Shown here: positions 9,399 through 17,678 of the stretch, piece after piece
Numbering within the stretch: the stretch's first letter is position 1
Layout: each line of letters opens with the position of its first letter
Source: a virus
Lineage: Duplodnaviria; Caudoviricetes
Length of the DNA: 39,846 bases
IMG/VR virus record: IMGVR_UViG_3300048895_000326
Span: 1-39,846 of that record
Direction: 5' to 3' (one strand)
The notes under the pieces: model-generated
The model's database searches: none
The model's input: the letters and a program-made list of their open reading frames with translations, nothing else
Told to the model about the DNA's origin: nothing
Translations under genes and position numbers: made by a program

Positions 9399-9777
9399 CG
9401 CGCTTCAGCTTCACCACGGCCACGGCCACCTCTGCGCTGAACACCAGCTCATCGGGCAGCGGCGCGGGGTCGACCAGGCCCGCGCTGTCTTCGGCGAGCG
9501 GCACGCGGGTGAACCCGAGCAGACCCGAGGGGGTCGCCCGGTACGAGCGCGACTCGCGCTCCAGCCAGTCCTTCACGGCCCCGTCGACCTTCAGCCAGGC
9601 CCAAGTCGAAAACCCCGCCTTCGTCGCATCGAACCGCTCGGCCGCCAAGCAGAGCGCCAGCATGGCGACTCCCTTCGCGTCATCGTACCCGGCGCCCCGT
9701 ATGCGGTTCTTCTGCAGAACGCGGATCGCTATGCCGCGGTTCTTTTCGACCAGCGACCTCTGTTCAGCGGTGAGCAC
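9286..9777 (-). CDS. Sigma70-family factor, region 2 only (no recognisable region 4)
   Basis: LVEKNRGIA..DDAKGVAMLALCLAAERFDATKAGFSTWAWLKVDGAVKDWLERE resembles sigma region 2; the remainder is short and low-complexity basic. Confidence 0.8.
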   Translation of the reverse strand: MLTAEQRSLVEKNRGIAIRVLQKNRIRGAGYDDAKGVAMLALCLAAERFDATKAGFSTWAWLKVDGAVKDWLERESRSYRATPSGLLGFTRVPLAEDSAGLVDPAPLPDELVFSAEVAVAVVKLKRVRRNQARALAKRVASPPASSVRARAKRPSGGRGTPTR

Positions 9778-9850
9778 GTGTTCAGCATACTACGACCCTG
9801 TTCAGTGTGCTAGCAAACATATAGACACGATGTCGCTCGAACCCCATACT
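9761..9850. promoter_or_regulatory. Divergent promoter region with three TGTTCAG direct repeats
   Basis: TGTTCAG at 9761, 9779 and 9799; leftward TAGCAC-17-TATGCT 6 nt before the sigma GTG; rightward TAGACA(9822)-17-CATACT(9845). Confidence 0.55.
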
Positions 9851-9859
9851 GCTAACGCC

Positions 9860-10177
9860 ATGCGTCTCACCAGCCACCTTGCGCTCTCCATGAACCCGGC
9901 TGCTCTGGCGGGGTTGCGGGCGGCCGCTGAAGCCGCGGAGCTCAGCGATAGCGCCTGGGTGCGGGTCCAGGTCGCGCGGGGCTATGAAGGGCTGCTGGCG
10001 GGCGCCCCGCAGCCTCCGCCGCTCGGGGAGTATCGGGGCTCGGCCGCCGCTCGCCGCCTCCTGGTGATCCGCTGCCTGCCCCAGGACAACGAACGGGCTA
10101 AGGCTCTGGCTGCGGCTCGGGGGGTGTCGGTGTCTCACATGGTGAGAGACATGGTTGCTCGGTCGCTCGCTGGATGA
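9860..10177 (+). CDS. Tandem ribbon-helix-helix DNA-binding protein
   Basis: Two RHH-like units: HLALSMNPAALAGLRAAAEAAELSDSAWVR and LLVIRCLPQDNERAKALAAARGVSVSHMVR; alternative start at 9830. Confidence 0.7.
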   Translation: MRLTSHLALSMNPAALAGLRAAAEAAELSDSAWVRVQVARGYEGLLAGAPQPPPLGEYRGSAAARRLLVIRCLPQDNERAKALAAARGVSVSHMVRDMVARSLAG

Positions 10178-10523
10178 CTATGTGCCCGGGGCCCTGGACC
10201 CAAAACTTTGAGACCCCGTTCAGGCACCAGAGTCCGCAGTCCTCTGGCATGACGGCATCCATCAGCGCCTTCAGCAGGTTGTCCAGGTCGGGCTTCTGCT
10301 TGTGAGGTGCCCCGCTCATCGTGTGTCGCTTCAGGCCGCTCCATGACTTCGGCATCGGCAGCCCAAAGATGATGGTGTCCCCGTCGCGGAGCTCGATGCC
10401 GGCGGCCCGGCACTCATCGGCGAAGGCTCGGTAGCGGAGCACCGCTGGGCGCTTCTTCCAGACGTCGGAGCGGGTCTGCCTCGGCTTTGAAACTGGCGTG
10501 ATGTAATGGATGTAGGTCTTCAT
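10098..10523 (-). CDS. rusA: RusA-like Holliday junction resolvase
   Basis: PVSKPRQT, FGLPMPKSWS and KPDLDNLLKALMDAV..ED motifs. Confidence 0.92.
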   Translation of the reverse strand: MKTYIHYITPVSKPRQTRSDVWKKRPAVLRYRAFADECRAAGIELRDGDTIIFGLPMPKSWSGLKRHTMSGAPHKQKPDLDNLLKALMDAVMPEDCGLWCLNGVSKFWVQGPGHIVIQRATEQPCLSPCETPTPPEPQPEP

Positions 10524-10834
10524 TCCGGAACCCTCCTCGGTGTCCCCGTCGCCTCATGCCACTCCTCGAGCAGGGCGGCCGCAAGCTGGGCCCAGCGCCG
10601 CGGCTCGCGGCGGGACAGGAACCAGACCACCTCCTGCTTGTGCTCGCGCAGGTAGACGCGCCAGGGGCTGTCGTGCGCCAGGCCCCGAGCCTCGATGAGG
10701 TCTTCGCTGGTGATGGCCCCGAGCGCCACCCGCGTCAGCTTCAGCGTGATGCCTTCGCGCTCCATCAGGGCGCAGGCCACCGGCGCGTGGCTGTCCAGCA
10801 TCCGTCTCTCCTCCAGGTCAATCACGTCGGTCAT
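10520..10834 (-). CDS. Hypothetical protein, weakly TubC N-terminal-like, primase-associated
   Basis: LMEREGITLKL..LREHKQEVVWFL pattern; translationally coupled to primase and rusA. Confidence 0.5.
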   Translation of the reverse strand: MTDVIDLEERRMLDSHAPVACALMEREGITLKLTRVALGAITSEDLIEARGLAHDSPWRVYLREHKQEVVWFLSRREPRRWAQLAAALLEEWHEATGTPRRVPE

Positions 10835-13458
10835 CAGAAACTCTCCGGGTCAGCTGCGCTCTCATACTCTTCGCCCAGCGGGGCCTCATTGTCGTAGGTC
10901 ATGTCGTCCTCATAGAGGGGGATGACGTTCCCCCCGCGGCGAGCCTTGTAGGGGCGCGCTTCGTACGCCTCGGTGGCGCTCGGGGCCTCGGGCCCCTCGG
11001 GGACGTAGGCGGGGCGCTGGAAGGGCTCGGCCACGTTCAGCGGCTCGGGGACCACGCGGGGGGCAGATACGCTGGCTTCGGACATGGCCGCCTGGCGCTG
11101 GGTGATCGCCACCCGAGCCACCAGCACCTTGCAGCTCGACTCCAGGGTGACACCGGGCACTGTCCCCGAGCGCAGCTGTTCAACGAACGCCGGGTATTCC
11201 GCTAGCTTCTTCGGGGCGAACCCGTTGGCCTTGTGCCAAGCCAGGTAACAACGCGGACTAGTGAAGCCGCCCTTGGGGGCAATGGCGCCATAGAGCGCCT
11301 TCAGGTGCGGCAGCTTACGCTTCGAGCACCCTGGCTCTGAGTCCTCCACTGCGTCCTGGAAGAAGGCGGACACGTTGCTCTCACCCGAATAACCTCCCCA
11401 GCGGTCCATGCCTTCGAAGTGACAGCGGGGGAGGTCATAGGCGCCGCCGTTGGCGAGCACCTCGAGCGCGCCGTCGATGGCCCAGCAGGTGAACTCGCGG
11501 CTCTGGGTAGCCAGCAGCTTCTCATCGATGTTTCGGTCGACGGGGTAGTTCGCGGGGATAGGGTTCTCGAAGAGCACCAGGGCGATGCGGCGCCGCCAGG
11601 CGTTGTCCACCCGCGTCTTCGGCATCGGATAGTTGCTGTCCAGAATGTGGGCGCAGTCAGCCTGGGTGGAGACGGCATCGAAGCCGATGGCTCGACCGTC
11701 GCCCTCTTCGCACTGCAGCACCGATTTGAACTCGCTGACGTTCTCCAGGCTGGAGATCTCGTGTCCGAAGTTGCACCGCGAGCCTTCGAGCCGCTTGCGC
11801 GCGCTCTGCCCCATGACCCTGTTGCTCAGCGCGTCTGGCGTGACACCGGTGGTCGGAGCTCCAGCGGCCTTCAGGATGCCGCGCACCAGGTTAGTGTAGA
11901 CGCCCTTGCCGTCGTTGCCGTTGCCGCTCAGCCAAAGCGCACGACGCACCTTGCTGTAGGCACCCAGGAACGCGACGCCGGCCGCGGCCCGCAGCAGCTG
12001 GACGCGCTTGTCCCTCTCCACCGGGTCGCAGTTGGCGAAGCTGTAACGCATCACCGCGAGCATGTGCTCGGGGACCAGGCCTGGTTCGTAATCGAAGCCG
12101 AAGCCCCAGGACGCCCGATGCCATGGCGAGTGCGCTTCCCAGCGCATGGCCTGGGTGTCTTCATCCCAGCAGATGGTGCCGTTCGTGAAGACGGTGGTAA
12201 TCGGCTTGTCGTGGCGCAGCGGGCTCTTACCCGGCGCCAGGCCGTAGCGACTCATCAGCTGGGCGCGCACCAGGCCGTTGACGGCGGCGATGTTGCGGGG
12301 GCTCGCGTGCCACTTCTCGTGGTCGGCGATGCCGCCACGCTTCTCGTCAGCGGTCTTGCGCTGGAAGCGAGCCACGTCGCTCGCGCTGACCTTGCCATCG
12401 TAGGCGCGGATCGCGTTGTGCAGCCAGGTCTCTGGGAGCACCCGGTACGCCCCAGCCTGGTAGGCGTAGACGGGTTCATAGATGCCGCCCGCGCTCGACT
12501 CCACGATGAGGTGGACGTCGTCGCTGTCGCATCGAGCAACGATCTTGCCGGCGATCACCACCACCGACTTGCTGGACTCGAGGTCCATGGCGGTGGGGAC
12601 GCGCGGGGGGAGGTAGCTCAGCGGCTTCGCGGGGACGCCGGCGGGCACCACTGGAGGCGCATGGAACTCCCCGCGCTCGATGACCGGCTCCACCCGCAGC
12701 GACTCGTTCGCGACCAGGCTGGGGTCGACGTCCGCGGGCGCGTCCTCTGCTGCAGCGATGAGCTCGGAGAACAACAGGGGGCGGATGTCCGGGTCGAGCT
12801 TGCCGAGCACGTCGTCCAGGCCGTCAGTCTTGCCTTCTGCCTTCAGGCGCAGGTACCGCACCGACTCGGCGCCGAACGTCTTGCACGCTGCGCCCAGCAT
12901 GGTTGCCGCGCGGTAAACGTCGGGGTTCGTGGCTGCGTCCGCGTCCATGGCGATGACCACGGGGAGACCCGCGACCATCTTCCACTGCGGGTGGGGGACG
13001 CCGTTCAGCTGCCAGTTGTAGCAGCCGGCCACGCCCACCACCGAGACGTCGGGGTCGGTGTTTGCCAGCGCTGCCAGGCACTGCTTCGTGCCTTCGACCA
13101 CCAGCACCAGGCGCGCGGCGTCCACCTGGCGAGCCACGTGCGGACAGACGGGAGTGCCAGGCTGAGAGATGTACTTGACCAGCTTCTTGCTGCCGTCGCC
13201 CTTGGGCAGCGCCGTGTCAGGACGGTACTGGGGCACGATGGAGCCAGTGAGCGGGGCGTGATACCTGAACAGAATGCCGGGAAAAGCCGCCTCGCCAGCG
13301 TTAGAGATGACGGTGCTTTTCGCGAATCCGGGCGGAAGGTCTCGGATGTTTCGTATGTGCCGGACGCCCTGCTGGTGGGCGACCTCGGGGGTTATCGCGC
13401 TGCGCTCGAGCAGCTCCACCTGCTTTGGGGTCAGCCTGAGATCTTCCCACGTAACCAT
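10834..13458 (-). CDS. DNA primase (TOPRIM, DUF3854-like) fused to D5/P4-type SF3 helicase
   Basis: VVEGTKQ..VVGVAGCYNW..IAMDADAATNPDV..GLDDVL (TOPRIM); Walker A variant SGNGNDGKG; AWRRRIALVLF; start placed at 13458 behind GAAGGA (frame open to 13569). Confidence 0.88.
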   Translation of the reverse strand: MVTWEDLRLTPKQVELLERSAITPEVAHQQGVRHIRNIRDLPPGFAKSTVISNAGEAAFPGILFRYHAPLTGSIVPQYRPDTALPKGDGSKKLVKYISQPGTPVCPHVARQVDAARLVLVVEGTKQCLAALANTDPDVSVVGVAGCYNWQLNGVPHPQWKMVAGLPVVIAMDADAATNPDVYRAATMLGAACKTFGAESVRYLRLKAEGKTDGLDDVLGKLDPDIRPLLFSELIAAAEDAPADVDPSLVANESLRVEPVIERGEFHAPPVVPAGVPAKPLSYLPPRVPTAMDLESSKSVVVIAGKIVARCDSDDVHLIVESSAGGIYEPVYAYQAGAYRVLPETWLHNAIRAYDGKVSASDVARFQRKTADEKRGGIADHEKWHASPRNIAAVNGLVRAQLMSRYGLAPGKSPLRHDKPITTVFTNGTICWDEDTQAMRWEAHSPWHRASWGFGFDYEPGLVPEHMLAVMRYSFANCDPVERDKRVQLLRAAAGVAFLGAYSKVRRALWLSGNGNDGKGVYTNLVRGILKAAGAPTTGVTPDALSNRVMGQSARKRLEGSRCNFGHEISSLENVSEFKSVLQCEEGDGRAIGFDAVSTQADCAHILDSNYPMPKTRVDNAWRRRIALVLFENPIPANYPVDRNIDEKLLATQSREFTCWAIDGALEVLANGGAYDLPRCHFEGMDRWGGYSGESNVSAFFQDAVEDSEPGCSKRKLPHLKALYGAIAPKGGFTSPRCYLAWHKANGFAPKKLAEYPAFVEQLRSGTVPGVTLESSCKVLVARVAITQRQAAMSEASVSAPRVVPEPLNVAEPFQRPAYVPEGPEAPSATEAYEARPYKARRGGNVIPLYEDDMTYDNEAPLGEEYESAADPESF

Positions 13459-13602
13459 GCGGCGTCCTTCTTCACTCCGTTGCTCTCGGTCCTCGGTCTC
13501 GGGTTCCTTGTCAGGGGAACGGAGTCTCCCCCGGTTGACGGCCGGGGGAGTGCGCGAGGACAAGCGCAACTGAAGGATGGCCTATGTGTCTCAGAGTGGC
13601 AA
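13459..13602 (-). promoter_or_regulatory. Promoter TTGCCA-17-CATCCT and structured 5' leader of the primase-helicase
   Basis: TGGCAA at 13597-13602 and AGGATG at 13574-13579; hairpin CTCCCCCGG/CCGGGGGAG; ACTCCGTT/AACGGAGT complementarity. Confidence 0.5.
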
Positions 13603-13641
13603 GCTGTCGCGTCGCTTTATGCGCCGTGTCAGAGTGCCATA

Positions 13642-14115
13642 TCAGAACGGGATGTCGTCATCCTCCTGGTCGGGGCCCGAGACTGGCACCCGGCGGTTGC
13701 GGTTCTGGGCCTGGTCATACTCCGCCATGGCCCGTTGCTCGCGCGGGGCGGGCGCTCGGCGCTGTTTGCCGTCCAGACCTGGCGGTGGGCGCCGGCTGCC
13801 GCTCGCCTTCGGTGCGCCCTCTGCGATGGGTTCGTTGGGGTCGAGCGCCTGTTGCTGCGCTTCGGACTCCGCGATGAGCAGCTCTCCGAGCGCGCGGAGT
13901 TCGCGGGCCTTCAGGTTGAACTCCTGCCAGTAGCGCTGTGTCGAGCTCGGGCGAGCCTGGCTCCAGCGCCACTGCCCCTCTTGCGTCTTGAACACCACGC
14001 GAAGGCGGTAGACGTCTTTGCCCTGCCATTCGCTGCGCTCGAGGCGGAGCTCTTCTTCGCTGTCGTTGTAGGTGCGGTCGGCTCTGAAGATGATGTCAGG
14101 TTCTACGAATGCCAT
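13642..14115 (-). CDS. PC4-like single-stranded DNA-binding protein with SSB-type acidic tail
   Basis: EELRLERSEWQGKDVYRLRVVFKTQEGQWR..LKARELRAL resembles the PC4/YdbC fold; C-terminus DDDIPF. Confidence 0.75.
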   Translation of the reverse strand: MAFVEPDIIFRADRTYNDSEEELRLERSEWQGKDVYRLRVVFKTQEGQWRWSQARPSSTQRYWQEFNLKARELRALGELLIAESEAQQQALDPNEPIAEGAPKASGSRRPPPGLDGKQRRAPAPREQRAMAEYDQAQNRNRRVPVSGPDQEDDDIPF

Positions 14116-14375
14116 TACGGTTTCTCTTTCTTCTGTTTGGGTTGACGGAAGGCGATTAGGAGCGCGCGTAGGGCGTCTCTGTTCGCCTGGGTGGTGACGT
14201 CGGTGGCTGGGGCGTGCAGCGCCAGGGCGAGCCTCCTGAGCGGCCCCAGAGGGGGTCCAGCTGGAGAACGCTGCTGCTCTTCGAGGCGCATGGAGAACCA
14301 GAGCGACAGCGCGTTCTGATCGAGCACCCCGAGGCGCGGCGGCCAGAGCGGGTTAGAAGTTCTCTGACTCGTCAT
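14115..14375 (-). CDS. Hypothetical protein (start uncertain)
   Basis: Stop overlaps the SSB ATG (TAATG); fills the gap in the operon. Confidence 0.4.
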   Translation of the reverse strand: MTSQRTSNPLWPPRLGVLDQNALSLWFSMRLEEQQRSPAGPPLGPLRRLALALHAPATDVTTQANRDALRALLIAFRQPKQKKEKP

Positions 14376-14559
14376 CGCTCGACACGAGCTCCTGGCTCGG
14401 GTGCTTTTCGGGTCTCGTGCCACCCCTGATGAGCCATCTTACATATGCGGATACTGACTCATATTCCGTGTGCGCGGCAACGGTCAGCTTGAGCTTTGCC
14501 AGCTCCTCCGGGGTTAGCCTGATGACGATACGCCTGGTTCGGTCTCTGGGTTTGGTCAT
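14353..14559 (-). CDS. Ribbon-helix-helix (MobC/CopG-like) regulator
   Basis: RTRRIVIRLTPEELAKLK..SVSAYVRWLI; first gene of the replication operon; alternative start at 14616. Confidence 0.72.
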   Translation of the reverse strand: MTKPRDRTRRIVIRLTPEELAKLKLTVAAHTEYESVSAYVRWLIRGGTRPEKHPSQELVSSDDESENF

Positions 14560-14608
14560 CGTGGGGTTCTGCCATGTGCCTACGGGTAGCACAAGCGACG
14601 CCTCCGTT

Positions 14609-14658
14609 TTTGACATTCTGTCACAAGCTGTCTATACACTCTTTGACAATTTGGCAAA
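14609..14658. promoter_or_regulatory. Two imperfect palindromes (operator-like) overlapping a TTGACA-17-TATACA promoter-like site
   Basis: TTTGACATTCTGTCACA at 14609-14625 and TTTGACAATTTGGCAAA at 14642-14658. Confidence 0.5.
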
Positions 14659-14692
14659 AACCACCCCTGAGGGGGTCGGTGATGCTGTTTCC

Positions 14693-14914
14693 CCCCATCA
14701 GCACTTTGCATCGTAGTTGCGTGGGTTTAGGGGTATTCTGACCCCGGGTTTGGGGGGTCACACGTCCCCTACCCCCAACTTGCAAGCCCTGCGCGCTATC
14801 TAGGGGGGAGTATAGGAAAACACCCCATCACCCCATCACCGGGCTGTTTTAGGAGTAGTTACATGGACTTGACGCGATGGGGCAGACCCCATCAGTACCC
14901 CATCAGCCCCATCA
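14693..14914. repeat. CCCCATCA iteron-like repeats, candidate replication origin
   Basis: CCCCATCA at 14693, 14823, 14831, 14887, 14898 and 14907; inverted GATGGGG at 14876; largest non-coding, lower-GC region. Confidence 0.65.
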
Positions 14915-15022
14915 GAGGTCACAATAGCCGGCCGGCGCCATGAAACAGGCCCCTCGGGCGAAGCCCGGCACTGAACTGGATACTGAACCAGCCGTCGGAG
15001 ATGGGTTGTGCATACATTCCCA

Positions 15023-15051
15023 TTGCCAAGCCTGAGGCGTCCTGCCATGGT
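15023..15051 (+). promoter_or_regulatory. Sigma70-like promoter TTGCCA-17-CATGGT, 6 nt before ATG 15058
   Basis: Spacing and position at the head of the rightward small-gene operon. Confidence 0.55.
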
Positions 15052-15057
15052 TGCGAC

Positions 15058-15342
15058 ATGGACAAGCTCGACTACTCGAAGATGGCTCGTGAACGCTCAC
15101 CCGAAGACATTGCTACCGACAGCGACACCGCGCTGCGCTGGGCCCAGCTCAGGGAGCGCACCTTCGCGGTCTCCCTGCTGACCGTGGCCGCCGCGGCCGC
15201 TCGCCGCGCTGACCCCAAGACTTGGGCCATCAACGTCTACGACGCTGGCACCCTGGATCGGCTCCAGACCGACCTGGAGGAGGCCATCAAGGTTCGACAG
15301 GCGCTGGAGCTAGCCTTCGCCACACTGACGCCGAAGACATGA
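15058..15342 (+). CDS. Hypothetical protein
   Basis: First gene of a stop/start-coupled operon. Confidence 0.65.
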   Translation: MDKLDYSKMARERSPEDIATDSDTALRWAQLRERTFAVSLLTVAAAAARRADPKTWAINVYDAGTLDRLQTDLEEAIKVRQALELAFATLTPKT

Positions 15343-15653
15343 AGACTCGCTTCTGCGTCGACGGCTGCGGCCGTTCGTGGCAGGTCGGGCCCCACGATGG
15401 CGGCCGGCGCTGGCACCCGGAATGCCAAGGGCAGAACGCTGCCCGCCGCGCCTCCTACAAGGCTCGGCATGACAACCGGGGCTGCGGCGATGGTAGTCGC
15501 AGCGGACTCGACACCCGCGAGCGACCGAAGGTCTGCTGGGCCTGCGCGAACCTACCCGAGCGGCGGCCACCTGAAGGCTGCCCTCCGAAGAGCTACTCGA
15601 AGAAAGGGCGCCTGCTGACGTGCGGGATGCCTCGAGGAGAATCGCATGACTGA
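15339..15653 (+). CDS. Cys-rich putative zinc-binding protein
   Basis: RFCVDGCG..CWACANLP; ATGA overlap; resembles the 35637-36131 product. Confidence 0.65.
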   Translation: MKTRFCVDGCGRSWQVGPHDGGRRWHPECQGQNAARRASYKARHDNRGCGDGSRSGLDTRERPKVCWACANLPERRPPEGCPPKSYSKKGRLLTCGMPRGESHD

Positions 15654-16230
15654 CTCGAAACAAGTGACGGACCTGACGAAGCTGGTGGCCGCGCTGGAGG
15701 GGAACCAGGAGGCGATGCTGGATCGGCTCGCGGTCTGCGAGACCACCTGCGAAGGGCTGACGCATAGGTTTCATGGGTTGAGGACGTCTACCGAGCCAGA
15801 GCTGACACGCATCTGGACGACGCTCGATGCTCTGCGCGCCGACCTGACAGCGCTGGACCTGTACTCGGCTCGCTTCACCGAACTACAGGACGCTGAGCAG
15901 CACTGCGCTCCAGTGCGCGACCCTGATGGTCATGCCGTGAAGCAGAGCGACCACCAGCGGCCGTGCGGGTGCGAAGACTCGCAACGGCTCGCGCTGGAGC
16001 TGGTTCAGGAAAAGGAGCGGCGCGACGCAGCCAGGACTGAAGCAGTCGAGATGTTGAAGATCAACGGTGATCACCATCGCACCATCGCTGCGCTCCGCAC
16101 TGGCCTATCGAACCTGGAGTTCCGCCAGGCAACGACCGAGAAGACGAACGCCGACCTGACATCTGAGGTGCTGGAGCTCCGCGCATTCCGCGCTGAGGTT
16201 CAGCGTCTGCTCGAATCGAAGGGGAAGTAA
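15646..16230 (+). CDS. Coiled-coil hypothetical protein
   Basis: GAGGAG RBS; heptad-rich sequence. Confidence 0.7.
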   Translation: MTDSKQVTDLTKLVAALEGNQEAMLDRLAVCETTCEGLTHRFHGLRTSTEPELTRIWTTLDALRADLTALDLYSARFTELQDAEQHCAPVRDPDGHAVKQSDHQRPCGCEDSQRLALELVQEKERRDAARTEAVEMLKINGDHHRTIAALRTGLSNLEFRQATTEKTNADLTSEVLELRAFRAEVQRLLESKGK

Positions 16231-16436
16231 TGCCGCTGCCCACCGCCTATCCCGGAATGTGGCATCTCACGTGCGACCATTGCAGGATGGGAGCTGGGTT
16301 GCACACGCCGACGTGCAAGTATCGAACGAAGCCCGTCGTGCCATCGGGTGCCTGCGCGGGCTGCGGCCTGCGCGAAGGGCAACATGAAACCTACTGCGGC
16401 GCCTGGGTGCCGTACGAAGAGAGGCCTGAGAAGTGA
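16230..16436 (+). CDS. Small Cys/His-rich protein with an internal duplication
   Basis: CDHC..G.H..TC and CAGC..G.H..YC; TAATG coupling. Confidence 0.6.
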   Translation: MPLPTAYPGMWHLTCDHCRMGAGLHTPTCKYRTKPVVPSGACAGCGLREGQHETYCGAWVPYEERPEK

Positions 16437-16690
16437 GCAAGCGAGACAATCGAAGTAAGCCGGCGGTGGCGCCCGAGCCAACCCCGGAACGCTGCGGAGG
16501 GGTGACTCCCTCGATTACCTTCGAAGCGGTGGAGGCTGGGGCGCTCGAAGCTGAGCGCCAGCACTTCATCGACCAGGCGGCAATCCACTACGCTCTCCCC
16601 GGTGTTCCACCGGCGAAGGCGTTTCGGCTGGCGGATGAACTGTGGACAGCGCGAGAGGCATACCTGCGCGAGAGAGCGAGCAAAACATGA
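16433..16690 (+). CDS. Hypothetical protein
   Basis: GTGA overlap; AFRLADELWTAR motif common in small phage proteins. Confidence 0.6.
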   Translation: MSKRDNRSKPAVAPEPTPERCGGVTPSITFEAVEAGALEAERQHFIDQAAIHYALPGVPPAKAFRLADELWTAREAYLRERASKT

Positions 16691-17298
16691 CTGAGCTACG
16701 TGATATGGGGCCAACGGGAGGTGGGGTGGCGAGCGCGCTGCAGTTGTGCAGGGTGGCGGAGGTGGCTGAAGCGGCGCAGGCGCACTGCAATGTGCTAGCG
16801 AAGCAGGCGCAAGACGCCGTTGCTCGCCTCCAGATCCTAGAGGGTCGCATCCCCGCCCAGTCCCCAGAATGGAAGCGCCAGTATGAGCTCCTGGCGAAGC
16901 GCATGAACGACTTCGAGTCGGGGCGCGCTGTTGCCGCAGTGGTGGCGCCGCAGGAGCTGGCGCATCGGATCCAGAACCTGGCTGGGCGCCTCACCGCGCT
17001 CGAGTGCGCCAGGGAGGACGAAGTCGAGAAGCGGCGAGACAACGGGGACGACGACATAACGGACGACAAGCTTCGCGGGTACACTGAGCTGGTGGTGAAC
17101 GGCGTGCTCTATGTCGCCCAGGATAGGCCCGAAACGGACGAAACGGAGCGCGACCGGGACTTGCTGGTGGCCCTGCTGCGCCGCTGCAGGTCGCTGCTGG
17201 TGACGCGCTCTAACGTCGGCACTGGTGGAGAATACCGGAAGTGCTATCATTCACTCATGGCCGACCTAGAGGAGACGCTGGCGGACCTTGAAGAATGA
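16687..17298 (+). CDS. Coiled-coil hypothetical protein
   Basis: ATGA overlap with the previous gene. Confidence 0.6.
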   Translation: MTELRDMGPTGGGVASALQLCRVAEVAEAAQAHCNVLAKQAQDAVARLQILEGRIPAQSPEWKRQYELLAKRMNDFESGRAVAAVVAPQELAHRIQNLAGRLTALECAREDEVEKRRDNGDDDITDDKLRGYTELVVNGVLYVAQDRPETDETERDRDLLVALLRRCRSLLVTRSNVGTGGEYRKCYHSLMADLEETLADLEE

Positions 17299-17678
17299 CT
17301 TTGATGCGCTCGCCGAAGCCATCCGGGCCCGACTCGCCGCCAAGCGCAAGTCTGGGCCCGCTTCAGCGCCCAGTGCGGTGGATGTCTGCCCGGGATGTCG
17401 TCGACCTCTACCCAAGGCCAAGGGGCGGTCCGGGAAAACCATCAATCGAAAGACACGGTGAAACGATGCCTCCAGAGAAACCAATCGAGCCGGTGTTGCC
17501 GTGGCCAACTGCAGAGGTGCGCCCGAACCGGGCGACGCGGCGCAGGCTCGCTTCGCGGGCCGCGAAGGAGGTCCGACGCAGGAAGCGTGTGGCGACAGCG
17601 AAGCTCAACGAGCTGAAGGCGCGGGCGGAGAAGTCTGGTGTCAGCGTGCAACAGTTCGTGAAGGAGCGATTCACGTGA
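17295..17678 (+). CDS. Basic hypothetical protein
   Basis: ATGA overlap; PNRATRRR motif; true start could be internal. Confidence 0.5.
   Translation: MTLMRSPKPSGPDSPPSASLGPLQRPVRWMSARDVVDLYPRPRGGPGKPSIERHGETMPPEKPIEPVLPWPTAEVRPNRATRRRLASRAAKEVRRRKRVATAKLNELKARAEKSGVSVQQFVKERFT

Noticed and set aside
9293-10177. 294-aa ORF as annotated
   Set aside because: Its first two thirds overlap TerL and the sigma gene; only 9860-10177 (RHH) is credible
11419-14145. 908-aa ORF on the + strand
   Set aside because: Antisense shadow of the primase-helicase and SSB genes; no motifs; long shadow ORFs are expected at this GC content
14693-14914. CRISPR or mini-array
   Set aside because: Repeats are only 8 bp with irregular spacing (0-3 nt within clusters); no cas genes
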